This document shows, in pieces, positions 15,101 through 27,307 of a DNA stretch of 64,000 nucleotides. Below the pieces are notes generated by a model that was given only the letters and a program-made list of their open reading frames with translations, was not told where the DNA came from and made no database searches. Position 1 is the first letter of the stretch. The number at the start of each line of letters is the position of its first letter. Position numbers and translations under genes: made by a program. This DNA is from Enoplolaimus lenunculus (taxonomy: Eukaryota): positions 558,001 through 622,000 of the forward strand of contig JASANG010000273.1 of NCBI GenBank assembly GCA_030248215.1. Reading direction: 5' to 3'.

Positions 15101-18100
15101 AACTTAAAAATGTAAATCCAAATTCTCCAAAAAAATTATTAATAGGACTCTTCTGAGCAAATGTATCCATCCGATTCAGTTTAAACGAACAAGAAGTACG
15201 TAACCGTAAAATAAAAATTAAAATTCAGATTCTATCCCTGATTGCTATTGGGTTCTAGTTTATGCATTTCAACCAACAGCTCCCAGTTCGATGATACTAA
15301 CCTTGGAATCAGTTTGCTCATTCGGTTGAATACTAATCAATTCAGGCGGACCAAAACGATTAGTCGCTGCTGCCAATTGTCGAATAGCAGTTGTTTTTCC
15401 TGATCCTATCGGTCCACTTAGTAGTACTGGACGGTTTGAGGCTACTGCAGCAGCAAGCTGTCGTATATTAAAATCAGCTGACAAACCCGTTGTTAAATCC
15501 ATAACTTTTCGAGGCTGAAATATGAAAGATCACAAAATATAATTACAACAGAAAAGTATTCATACCTGTAAAAGTTTAATTTCCAAAAAAACCCGACAGC
15601 AACAATGTATTGCCCAAGTTACTTTTGTGCTGTTTTAACCGCGCAGATGAGACACATCATGCATAAGTGCGCCTTAATGTTTTACAAAACTCAAGTTTCT
15701 TTTCTGCATCAAATACCTCTCCAATTACATCCAAAATTATTCGTTCAAAGCATAAATAGACACTGAAAATGAAATTAGTTCTTGGCTCGTATAAACTACA
15801 ATCTCAAATAAAATTAAAAATTCTAACACAAAATAACTATACGAATGATTTGTGACTCGCATTCTATTTAAATTAGTTCGTGAAACTAAGCAACTTTATC
15901 AACCGTAAGGCACCTTTTTCGCTGTACTGCAACGTCGAAGTTTGATTCCACAGATATCAACAAATGCGTCACTCCCTGCATTGCCAGTATCAGGACAATG
16001 GGCTGGAGATAATTCTAGTACCACTTCATTGTTTTCTGCTGCACGTTTTTCAATCACTTCTCTGCAACTAATAAGTGTGCAAGAAATGGTTACTTTGGTA
16101 ATGTGAGGTGTAAGTAGTATGTAGGGTGCAACCGGATATCCGGCTTTAACTCCGGAAAAAACCTAAATAAAGCTACGGTATTCCACATTACCGGATAATT
16201 ATTGCTGAAAAGTATGTCATAAATCAATATTATACTATTATTTATGACGAAAATTACAATATTTCGCTGTGAGTTTTGTTCCAAGTGATAAAAATTAGTA
16301 CTTCAGTCAGTTAATCGCAAAACTCCTGTAGAAACAAGTGCTAAAGTGGTGTGATTACGTTTAACTATTTCGTCGAAATATGCACTTAAACATCCGGCTC
16401 TGGTATTTTTTGGCAACCTGTTGATCTCTGCTAATATATATGTACGTGTTACACGAGATTCATTATTTAACTTTGTTAAAATATCCAACTGAATGTAAAA
16501 ACCCAGTAATCCTAAAACTCCTACAGAAGCAAGTGGTATATAAACCAGTCGCAGTGAAACTACATGATTTGAGCAAGGCGCAGAAGCAAGTGGTATGTAA
16601 GCCCGTAAATATATAATAGGTTTACTGTCACAGCTCATATACCTAACAACATAGTAATTATCGCGTAGCTAACGAGATGGAAAGTATTCCAATTACTAAA
16701 CTCAAACTCTACATAAATAACTCATGCCCGAAACCCCTAGAGGCAAACAGCCAAATAGCGGGAGCACAAACGCTTATTGGCATTGTCAATATGCAAATTA
16801 GTTAATATATACCTAGCAAACCAGTTATCTGTTTTAGTCGTCCATAAACACTTTATTCAGATTCCTCACATCCAAAACCTTTTTGGTACTGAATTAAAAT
16901 CGCTTGTAACCTTAATAATCATTGGAATTTAAAGTCTTAATTTAGGTTTAACCAATTAAGCTAATACATAAGCTAATTAGCTAATTAATTAGTAGCTAGC
17001 TATTTATTTAACTGTTTTGGAAGCTTATAAACGTTAAATTTAGATTCCTCGTATATACTAAGTGAAATTATTTAAAAAAGTCCTAATTAAGGCTTATAAC
17101 CAATTATTCAAATTAATTTGTCAATAATAAACGGCTCAGAAACCTCAAACCAAATGCGAGGTTAACACATCGGGATATTAAAGAAAAAATTTATAAAAAC
17201 GATTCAGCGGTTCCTGAGATTCTTGTCAGACGGACAGAAATACAGACGGATGGCCATCCTCCTTTATACCCACGATCTGAGTACAATACATATAACGCTT
17301 CGACACTCGATTATGTTTCTTTGTTTTTATTGAGCGAAGCGAACTCCGAGCGAAGCTCAGAGTTCCGCGAAGCGTTTTATGTTTTGTAATCTGGGGTCGA
17401 CAGTTGGATGTCTGTCCGTCCGAAAAGAATCTCAGGAACGGCTGAACCGATTTTGACAAATTTTTTTTTGTTTCAAAGCCAATTATCCTGGAGTGTTAAC
17501 CTCGCATTGGGTTTTAAAAGTTTAAGTCGTTTATTAGCTACAGGCTAATTTGCATAATTAGTTAAGCCTAAATTAGGACTTTCTACATTATTTCACTAAT
17601 TATTACAGTTACAAGCAATCGAATCAACATTAAAGGGTTTTTGGGTTCGAGGAATCTAAATAGACTGATTACAAACCTCCAAAACCGATAATTGAGTAGT
17701 TAACTAATAGATAATTTGCATATTAGCATAGTTTGTAAGCCTAAATTACGACTTTTTACTATTTTTCAGTAATTATTACGGTTTAAACCAATCTAATTTC
17801 AAAACTAAAGGTTTTTAGGTGCGAGGATTTTGAATAAATTGTTTACAAACCCCCAAAACCGATAATAATTGAATAGTTAGCTAATAGCTAATTTGCATAT
17901 TAGCTTAATTGACAAGGCAAAATTAAGACTTTTTAAATCATTTCAATAATTATCAGGGTGACTGAAATGTATATAAAAATGAATCCCTCCAATCGGAACG
18001 TTAAGACTACTTTCTTAAACCTCCGTGTCCGGATTGCAAGTGGTCTACTTTTCAACTGGCACAAGTGTAGCTTATGTATACCTGAAACAATTGCGTCGTT

Positions 18101-18251
18101 CATGGTCAGAATCAAGTTTAAGTTTTCTCTTCACGATTTGCAAATCGTATGAGCTTATCGTTAGTTCAGCGTTCATTGAATCAAGCACTTTTCTTAAATT
18201 TTTTGACTCCACAAACTGTTCTGAACTGGAACAATTGTCTTGATAATCCAT
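174..18251 (-). CDS. MDN1: Midasin (MDN1/Rea1) AAA+ ATPase, 5' part (AAA1-AAA3 and the linker toward AAA4); gene continues past the left edge
   Basis: Exons in transcript order: 18251-18082 (5' boundary uncertain), 16061-15914, 15514-15302, 14931-14699, 14345-14237, 13860-13736, 13254-13086, 12553-12450, 12146-11998, 11740-11680, 10341-10227, 10024-9836, 9498-9359, 8882-8778, 8274-8089, 7473-7398, 5159-5008, 3615-3490, 2789-2611, 2379-2288, 1988-1725, 823-641, 333-174. All phases are consistent, with GT..AG ends except intron 3616-5007. Walker A: GPIGSGKT, GETGCGKT, GETSVGKT. Walker B: WLILEDID, WILLDEINLA, WIILDELNLA. Midasin-typical segments: FRLFACMNPATDMGKRELP, FALFATQNPPGLYSGRKLLSRAFRGRF, TLRDLFRW. 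Confidence 0.95.
883..1357. mobile_element. hAT-like MITE with ATCCGG subterminal repeats, in a midasin intron
   Basis: Termini CAGGGTGTCGACCGGAT ... ATCCGGTCGCACCCTG; 8-bp flanks TGCAGGCA / CACAGGCA (6/8). Related fragments near 8365-8450, 16122-16400, 22150 and 47125-47465. Confidence 0.75.
2197..2281. repeat. (ACA)n/(AGA)n trinucleotide microsatellite at the 5' end of a midasin intron
   Basis: Direct run acaacaacgacaacaac...agaagaagaagaacaacaac. It begins about 6 nt after the donor at 2287 on the minus strand. Confidence 0.95.
4131..4941. mobile_element. Foldback/MITE-like element with GC-rich diverged inverted arms and an AT-rich core
   Basis: Left GATCCTGGCTTCTCCACCGC is the inverse of right GCTGTGGAGAAGCCAGAGATC. 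About 200-bp G/C-run-rich arms flank an AT-rich middle. No convincing TSD. Confidence 0.55.
5951..7007 (-). mobile_element. DINE-1/HINE-like non-autonomous Helentron (5' end truncated)
   Basis: Same architecture as the full copy at 50028-51399: 3' hairpin GTAGT-CCC-ACTAC, subterminal ATTGAGCGAAGC, central tandem units containing TATGCAAATTAG, and a GTCC microsatellite. Confidence 0.8.
10546..11626 (-). mobile_element. DINE-1/HINE-like non-autonomous Helentron
   Basis: Hairpin at 10553-10565, tandem core, GACGGACAGACGGACAGACAGAC microsatellite near 11514-11538, terminal GCTTCGCTCAAT ending at 11626. Confidence 0.85.
16745..17310 (-). mobile_element. Degenerate HINE-like copy
   Basis: Diverged TATGCAAATTAG / CAGATTCCTC units followed by GATTCAGCGGTTCCTGAGATTC and CAGACGGACAG. 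Confidence 0.6.
17329..17962 (+). mobile_element. HINE-like copy, 5' portion only, head-to-head with the previous copy
   Basis: Starts after a T-run with ATTGAGCGAAGC, then GTCTGTCCGTCC and tandem units in the opposite orientation to the other copies. Confidence 0.8.
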
Positions 18252-18369
18252 CGGTTGTGTGCAAATAATTCTTTCAATATATATAAATTACAAAACGAGG
18301 ACTGCTGCAAAAACTATTGCGTATATACAAAATAAAAACTCCATTTATAAAAATGTCTAAATTAAACAG

Positions 18370-21300
18370 ATAGCAGTCGAGGGGGACGGACCCCTCACCT
18401 TTTTAACTTCAAAGCTAAATCCCTGTGCAGAGGCGACACTCATTGAACCACAAGCTGCGGGAGTGCCCAACCTTTACAGGGCGGTGCTTCAGGCAATTCA
18501 AACTTTCAGACTGTAAAAGGGGGAGCCGCAAGAAGTTCATCGCCCAAATCCGTAAACAGATTAGTAAACAGAGATACAAACCAGTTGGCGATAAAGTGGC
18601 ACCATCCTCTGTTTCGGCGAAAGTTCCTAACTTTGAGGAGTTAAGAGCAGCCTACAACTCCAGCGCGGCTAAAGCAGCTGAAACGCAGGCAGCCGCAGCT
18701 TCCCGCGCTCCTATGAAGCGCAGCCATCCTTAGGAAATGGCTCCTAAGTCAAATAGTATCTCTGGTTCCTACAGATGCTGCCAGCATCGTTTGATGGTCC
18801 TGATGAGGGGTCAATTCATTTTCAAGATTCCGTTGAAAAAATGGACACTTGCATTTGCTCTGCGGCAGTGAGGGCACCGCAGTATGGTTTCGTCCGCTGT
18901 CAGCAGGTTAGCTTTTCAGGACATGAAATTATAAGTCGCTGCACCTAAAGATCTTAAAATTACAGCAGCCCATTCCCGTATACCTAATCCAAAAGGGAGG
19001 GGCTTCAGCATGGAACACATTATGAAGAGGCTTAAGAATACGTACAAATGGTCATAGATACCTTGCGATGGTTCGCAGGATCCAACTCCATCGCAAGACC
19101 TTGTGGATTTAATAAACCATAGTAATTCTGTTGGGGCTCCACTCATTATAAGTTGTGACAGTAGTGCCCATCACACCCTGTGGGGAAGTTCTAATGATAA
19201 ACAAAGCGGTTCAGCATTATTAGATTATATTATTGGCGCTACTGTGCAGGTAGCTAATATTGCAGCTATACCCACCTTTATCAATGCAGTGAGGAGGTAG
19301 ATACTTGATATCACATTGACTTTTCAAATTCAATCAGCTATCATTGCAGCAGTTACAAAGACTTGTAGTACTAAAAGCATAGGAGCGGATACGCGGAATA
19401 GAAGTGCGCATTGGTAGAATGAGAGCAGAAATTTTGATAAAAAATGTCGGGAAATTATATCGTATGGCGACACACTATGACAACATAAGAACTTGGTGTC
19501 GTTATAAGAAATACCAAAAATTATTTAAACAACAAGTTAGAGAAGCCAAAATGCGACAATGGAAAAAATTCTGCGAACAGCAGAGTATAGAATTCTTCGC
19601 AGTAATGGCCAAGTTCGCCCTGGCAACCTTTTAGATGAGAACAGATCTATCATGGATCACGAATATGGAATACTGATGACATTATTATCTGAACATTTTC
19701 AACGATTTTCTGAGGTTACCGACGCTGAGTTTAGGGGGAGTAGGTACTCTTAGGGGAACCACTGAAGATTATAATGTTATACACGAAATAATCTCAGTCT
19801 ATAGAATTCGTTGGGCAATAAGTTGTTTTCCACGAGTTAAAACACCAGGAGTTGATGAGGTAGCACCACTATATTTTCAAGCAGGATTAAATGATTGGTC
19901 ACCCCGCTAAATACGATTTTTCGCTTGAGTACCGTCAAAGGGTGCATGCCTCTGTTGTGGCGTGTGTCTAAAGTTGTATCTGTTCCCAAGTCGGGTAAAG
20001 ACGACCATATGTCAGTAAAATCATATAGACCAATCAGTTTCACTTCGTTTTTATTGAAGACCCTAGAAAGACTTATTGTCAGATACATTAAACAAAATGT
20101 GCTACCAATTCATCCGTTGTCTGAAAATCAGCATGCATATCAGATGGGCAAATTTACACTGACTGCCCTTCATATTCTTTCATGGAAGATTGAAGAAGGT
20201 TTCTCTGTTAAACGGTATACTCTTGGTGTCTTTTTGGACACTGGTGGAGCTTTTAATAAAACGTCTATGGTCAATGGTTGTTGATGACATACTAGTGCAG
20301 TTAGGAAAATAAACGGTATTTGCTCAAGCATATTCAGATAATGTCGTAATAATTGCACAGGGCACATCGTTGGATACTGCAGCACGCAAAATAAATTGGG
20401 CAATAAAAACCGTTTATGTTTGGTGCACGAAGAATGGCTAGGAGGTTCATGCATTTAAGACTCACTTAGTGCATTTTTCTCGAATACGAAGTATCTGTGT
20501 CGTTCCAGATATTCTTCTTAATCGACTCAAGTTCAGTCTCACTAGAGAAGTTCTACCATCGATGCTACATGGTTTAATGATTTGGTGGAATAGGACTCGC
20601 GTTAAATACGTAGAAAAGAATCTAAATAAGGTCCAACGGTTAGCTCTTTTGAGTATAACAGGGGCAATGACAACAACTCCAACAAAACAATTGGAGGCGC
20701 TTTTTGGTAGTATTCCAATTATAGAAAAATGTAAAATTGAGGAAATCTAAGACTTTTTTCGATTAAATTCTATGGGCTTATGGGGAAATAATTTCGAATC
20801 TAAGCACAATTCAATCAGAAACTTAGCTTCAGACTTGCCAGAATTGGCACTTACATTCAGCTCACAAGAATTGGTTTAAGATGATTACGTTGCGTGAAAA
20901 CTATGATAACATTCTCCTTGGATATTGCCAGACACATTTGTGCTCTTTCACTGATGGATCTAAGATTTATTTTGAGCTCAATTCTCAAAAAGATACAGGG
21001 GCTGTCGTATATACTACTGGGATTGCTGATTTCCATGTTCCACTTGGATCTTGTTGTTCGGTTTTCCAGACAGAGATTATCGCCAATGAGAAATGCGTCT
21101 CCTACTTGCGAGGTCGCGGTGTTAAGAAAAAGTGTATTGCGATTTTCAGTGATAATCAAGGTGCAATAAAAACGCTGGGTACTGTTTGGTTAGTAGGAAG
21201 ACAGTGTTTGAGTGTCGAGTGTAGACATCCACTTTGTGAGCTCTCTGCTCATAATTATGTTAGTTTAATATGGGTTGTAGGGCGCTGTAATGTTGCAGGG

Positions 21301-21870
21301 AATGAAATTGCGAATATGCTAGCTCGTTCAGCGTCGACGAAGCTTCTGCATGGTCCAGAACCATTTTCAAATCTAGCACTATCGACAGTAGTGAGTTCGA
21401 TTGGGAACAAATATTGGAGAGGTAGGTACAATTGCGCCGCTCGTCATTCTTGCAAGCACTTAGAAATTTTCTGCATTACTGTAATATGAAATGGACATCC
21501 TATTTGTGGAAGTTAACCAAGCATCGTATGAGCTTAGGTGGCAGAGCTCTCAGTGGACATTGCAAGTTGAATTATCACTTACATAATCTTAAATTGCCAA
21601 CAACTAATGAATGTTCTTTGTGCCATAATGAGACATACAGGAAGTTATTTCCTCTAAGGTGCAAAATTCTTTCTGTTACCGAATTATAAAAATTTGGAAC
21701 TCTCTTCCATCTGACATTGTAAATGCCTCTTCACTCTCTGCTTTTAGAAAAGTTTTGAATGAAAATGATCGAGTTTTGTATAGTTTTATGAAAGGGTGGG
21801 CATTTAGAAACCCGTAGTGGTTTAAATGTGCCCATGGGTTAACAGCACTATGTTACCAAGAACTAAATGA
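18370..21870 (+). mobile_element. Decayed non-LTR retrotransposon with APE endonuclease, RT and RNase H (I group, Loa/Lian-like)
   Basis: Fragmented ORF2. Endonuclease: LIISCDSSAHHTLWGS..GSALLDYI (19103-19300). RT: YRPISFTSFLLKTLERLI, QHAYQMGK, GVFLDTGGAFNK (19895-20284) and an AYSDNV YADD-like motif near 20330. RNase H: FTDGSK, SVFQTE, IFSDNQGA, GNEIANMLAR (20881-21489). C-terminal GHCKLNYHL..CSLCHNET. Many stops, frameshifts and internal deletions; boundaries approximate. Confidence 0.9.
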
Positions 21871-24800
21871 AGTTATTATACTGAAATTATTGATTTCTAT
21901 TTGCAGTCTTTTATTTTATTTCTGTGTGGATAATTATAATTATAATTATAATTATATATGTGCATATACAAATAAAGTTTAAAGTTTTTTAAAAAGTTTT
22001 TTTAAGTTGCAAGAATAAGTTAAAATCTGTCAATCTAGATAGGAACCGGAATTTGAGACGTTTTGCACTAGCTGCAGGAAAAGCAGGAATGCTAGCTGGT
22101 TGGTTCCAACCCAGCTGTGACACATTTTTAAGGCACGTAATGCTGTAGCCAGGGTGCAAAACGGAACTAGATCATACCGGAATCGGAATAGCAAATTTAT
22201 ACCAGAATCGAAACCGAAACTATAATACTGTTTTAGGGTGTCTGTAAGCTACCAACAATTCTCAAAAACGTCGCATGAAAAAATTGCTAATCATTGTTCG
22301 GTTCTGTAAAGCTAAACTACAATAAATTATTGATAAGTTAACTTGTCGAAAACATAACAGAAAATTGACGCAGAATTTTTATCTGATTCCGATAAAAATA
22401 GCTGGAACACATAGCCCCTTTATCAATTACACAACTGCACTTCAATCTGCACTGTATATACGCATACATTACGTCTTTTATTTGAAACCTCGCCAACAAA
22501 GTCAGCGAGAAAATTTTTTAGGAGTCAAATTCTTTTCCCAGAACACTAGCTACATGATTAACAATATAAACGAAACGAAGTCTATCCCGCATGCTCACCA
22601 TCCGCGTTTTTATGCAATAATGCATTCGCTGCACTGCATTCTTAAATTTTGGCACACTAGTGGTGTGAACTCATAGAACACATATCGGCTTGTTGCTTGG
22701 TTTAAATAGCTGTACCTGACTCTCCCAACATTGTTCTTTGTTTAGCAGTTTTTTCTTTTTACTTCATTGGAAAAATAGCAAAACTGGGTGATGTATTGCA
22801 AATAAATAAGTGTAAAAGGTTTATATACTGAAGCCGGTGTGAGCTATCGCTAGCCACACATATCTTCGTTTTTTCTACCCACGTCTGTGAAAATTTGTTT
22901 ATAGCGGATGTATGAAATGTTTTGCCTACAAATTAAAACCTGAATGCAAAACCAAGTATCAAATCAGTGTTAAGCGTCAAATCATTGAGTGATGTTGGTC
23001 TTTTTTAAACTTCACCAATGCTTGTTGATCACACAACGAATTAAGAAATGATGCAGAGAGAGAGCAAATAACTTTGAAAAAGTTTTTACGCTGTTGAAAA
23101 ATAATCCGCTCGAAGGATCGAAGCTGATCATAGCGTACCACATTCGCCTTGTTGTTGTTGATTTTATAGATTAAAGAAAATGACATTTTGTGTATTTAAC
23201 CAGAAATTCTACGATCAATATCGATTCCCACCCACAGACAATATAGGTCCTATATAATACTTTCGGTTTAACGTTTTTCACATCGCTATAAAGGAACTGT
23301 CTGGAAAACATAAAACGATGAACCAGCTATTTTTGCGTTGGGAATTTTAACACTTTCTCGCCATTGTAATCCGCGACTAAAGACCGATGGTTTACGAACG
23401 GACCACCAAACATTTGACCCATGTTACTTTTAGAGCCGACCCGGTTTCTGGTGGAGCGACGTGCTTGCTGAGTTAAAACGTATCCATGGAATCATTTCGC
23501 GAAGGTCTTGTGTTTTTAATTTCCACAGCAACAGCACGACAAAATATTCCTAGAGAACCTAGAAACCAAATTTTTATCAAATCAGAACCCTAAATCGGCT
23601 GCAGAACAGTCAAAATTCGAAAATTTTAGAGCGTAAAAAGGTGCTATATTCTGAACGTTAATACTACATTCAGCCAAGATTGTGAGTGTTATCCGACAAG
23701 CCGGCAATAAGTTTATTTTGTTCTAACAGTGATTCTTTTAGACTGAAATATTTAAAATCTTTTTGTTGACCCATGTACTTCAAATTTAGGTGCGGAACAG
23801 TTAAAGCATATTGCTAAGCCTTAGGCTATAAGCAAAAATATTCTAAAACTTAAGCTCTATTCCAGTCCCAGAGAATATTAACGTTCCGCACCTACACTTT
23901 GTCGGCTGTTTTATTTCTAGTTTTCGTTTGCAGTTCATACATGCGCTGTTTTCTGTGCAACTCACGGGTGCGATACAACCGAGCATTTTCAAAATCTACC
24001 AAGATTTGACTTACTTATATCGAGTATTTAGTTTAATGTAACCCACCCGTGCGGCCGTGGGTTTTTATCCTACAAACGTTAATCTCGTTTATATTCGACA
24101 GCAGCTGGCTCTTGTTCTCACTAATCAGGGTTTACTGCAAAATGAACAAATAAACGACCTGAACAAATAAACCACGGATAGGTTGAACGTATTAAAGCAT
24201 TTCATTTTCGTTTTACTCACAAATATTTTAATTTAGTGTACACGTTGTTATATAGAAAAATACACCATACGTCGTAGCGTTATAAAGCCTTTTCGCTTTT
24301 ATGTCTTTTCCACCCAAAGCCGTTCCCAATATCGAACCATATCTAGTTGACAGCTGTAATGCTCGCTTACAGCTAAAAACTATTATGTATAGATGTTGCT
24401 GTACCCACACCAGTGCATATTCCCTGAGCCTCATAATTTTAAAAACATACACGTTCTTAAATAAATGTTTTAACTTTTCCACTGCGCTACTAGCAGAACG
24501 TTTAGTTCGCAGTTGAGATCGCAGACTAAATTCTTATACAGCAGGATTGATGTGCAAATTATAATGAACAAATCCCTGTTTGTTCACTACACATTCCACA
24601 GTCAAAATTCAAGGTGCAATCCAGCATACAACGGTTTGCTGGCATATATATAAAATAAAATTGCAACTGCGTGCAGTTTCCAACGTTATTGGAGCTTAAA
24701 ACACATCTGCAATAAATTAGCTCAACTTTTTAAGCGTTGTAGAGATGCATCTTATATTAAGAATTGCCATATATTAGAACTACAAAATGAAATATTGACG

Positions 24801-27307
24801 TTTTACGGTTGATGCAGAAGCAATATTGATCTAAAAATATACAAACATCTTTAAACTGGAACAAATTTTATTCAAAGACCAGTTCAAAACAAAACAAGAT
24901 GACTTCCTAAACACCACATGTATATAAATTCTTTGTTTTTGGAGCGGTTTCAAAATTAATGCGCAGCTGATGAAGAGTCGAGGTATATGCAGGCTTACAG
25001 AACTATTGTTTTAAATAATTAGGAAAGTTTGCTAAAATATACAGGTACGTTATTGTAGAAAGTTAAACAGGTGCCTAAAATTCTTAATTTTAGCAGTATT
25101 TATCTATTTGAAATAAAACAGTGTCTGCTTCTTTATTAATACTATTCAGAATTATATTGACCTCAGAAAAACTTAAAATAGTTGTTAAATTTAGTATATC
25201 TTTTGCCTAAAAATTACAGGAAAAGTTCATTCGTACAGTGTTGTAGAAAGACACACTGATTTTGATTTTACGTTTCACGACGATCCTAACCTTTCTTGTG
25301 AAGTTGAAATTTTTTCAAATGTGCCTCCCAAAACAAAACTATATCTGAAACGTGGAAGGAAGTTTTTAAAATAATCGGAAACACTTTGTGTGTAGTCTTG
25401 AAATTTCAATTGTGTAAGTGTTCCGTTTTCAATATTTTGGAGTTGATCAATTTTTGAAACCTTTTAAAAACCAATAATGAGCGTTTGACTTTATTCACAT
25501 CCGGATGTCCTATTGTGCTTAGCGGATATGTAGTATCCGGATGTTTTAATCCAAAAAGTTTCTAACTTCGAATAAAGAACATTCGTTAATATTAAATATG
25601 TCCGATCTATTACCAACTTCCAGGATGTAAACGTGCATTACGAAACGGCACTTCAGACCTTTTAACTAAAACAGCTGGAAAAGCAGGTCATGGGTGGTTT
25701 CGCATTCGACCTGGCGGTCTATGGATTCTTTGGCAATCACTTTACCACTGCGCCGCGTAACCCACCTGTCCAACTACTTTTATTGACAACTAATTTCATG
25801 TCGTCCACATGCTGCCGGCTATACCTACAGCACAACGTGCTTTGCATATATTGCATATTCGCCAGGACAAGTTGGTCTCTACATGCTCGTGTTGTATTTT
25901 CAGCATTTAACTATTCTACGTGTGTAATCAATAGTATTTTTACTATTGTTATCATTTAAACTAGCTAAAGATCCATTGGAACAAAGGATAAATTAGCTGA
26001 TTGTAATTGCGAACATTGTTTATTTTTCAAAATATTCATCTCTTCTCGATTGGTGTTTGTTACGAAAGTTATAAAACACAAGCAAAATTCGCCGTCTACC
26101 CAGCAACGTATAATTGAAGTTTTCGACCTACTATAGATTAATCATAATGGTAAGTTTTAGTTATTTTAACCAGTGTGAAATAGCTGATAAATTTTCGAGA
26201 CTCAAGTCATTTTTAAAGCTTTACAACAGTTAGAAATTCGTGTGTGAACTGTTTAAAACATAAATTTCGTATAGTAACGAAGTTTATAGTTGCAAATTTA
26301 AGACACAAATTTCTTATGTCCAAAAGTTTTTCTACGATTTTATATCAGTAAGCGAGTTGCTCCATTTATTCAAATTTTAAAACTTCAACTTTCCTTTCAC
26401 ACTTTCAGGTGTGAAATTTCAGGAATTGTTTCTTAAATATAAGACAATTTATTTTCACACCCTAACAACTTGAATTTTACAGCTCAGCTAAACTTGAGTG
26501 TTAGTTTAAGTAAAGTTTTATATTGCTGAACGGACCAACTAAACTGGAATTTTAAGTTTGACTTAAACTAGCGTCTTTTTCAGTTTAATGCGAGTTTGTA
26601 AGGCTTAAGGGTTTACCCGGTGCTTAGGCCCCCGCGCTGGACAACCTTAGAGCACTTTATTAGAATTTGAGATGGAAAACTCTGACAGCGAGAGGTAAGC
26701 CCGTGCAGAACAGGGCTTCCCAGATTCACGATGTACGAACGATTATAGTCACATAAAACTGGAAAATCCACCAGGGGTAGTCATTCTGTCCTCTTCAGAC
26801 GCCGCCGATTCGAGCGTGCAATCAGCAAGCCCTACCCAAAGAGATTGCGTTCAGACCCGTACATTCCCGGTTAGTATCCCCGCGTCGGACGCAACGACCC
26901 AAGCCCCATGCGCTCGAATAAGAGGGGGAGACTGATATTTTTATATACAGCATATTAGCTATATCCAACACCCTTCATTTTAATATGTTCTTTCTTTTGG
27001 ACAAAACTGACATGCACCGAACATGTTCCTTGGTTTCCAAGTTCATGAATCTTTTTTCTGGATTTAATACTAAAGTTTATGCATGTTTTCTGAGTGTCTG
27101 TTACATATTTGCACAGTGTTAACCATTCTCGTGTTTCAGCAAGCAAGGCATATTTTAGGCCTTGCAGTATTCAAGAGCGCAATTCAAAACGCTGTGAAAG
27201 GTATTTTCTTGCGTTTGTAAAAATTTCGGTTTGGGATATATTCGCCCATACCATATTGTATACGCTATTGCCGGACACAATTGAAGTGCTATGGTTAAAG
27301 CCCCTTT

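Noticed and set aside
15566..15762. Apparent midasin exon with good splice signals
   Set aside because: The frame I tested hits TGA, and 15914 joins 15514 directly in phase.
26915..26940. AAGAGGGGGAGA as an LTR polypurine tract
   Set aside because: Matches the reverse complement of the TA-flanked MITE end (ATATCAGTCCCCCTCTTATTCG).
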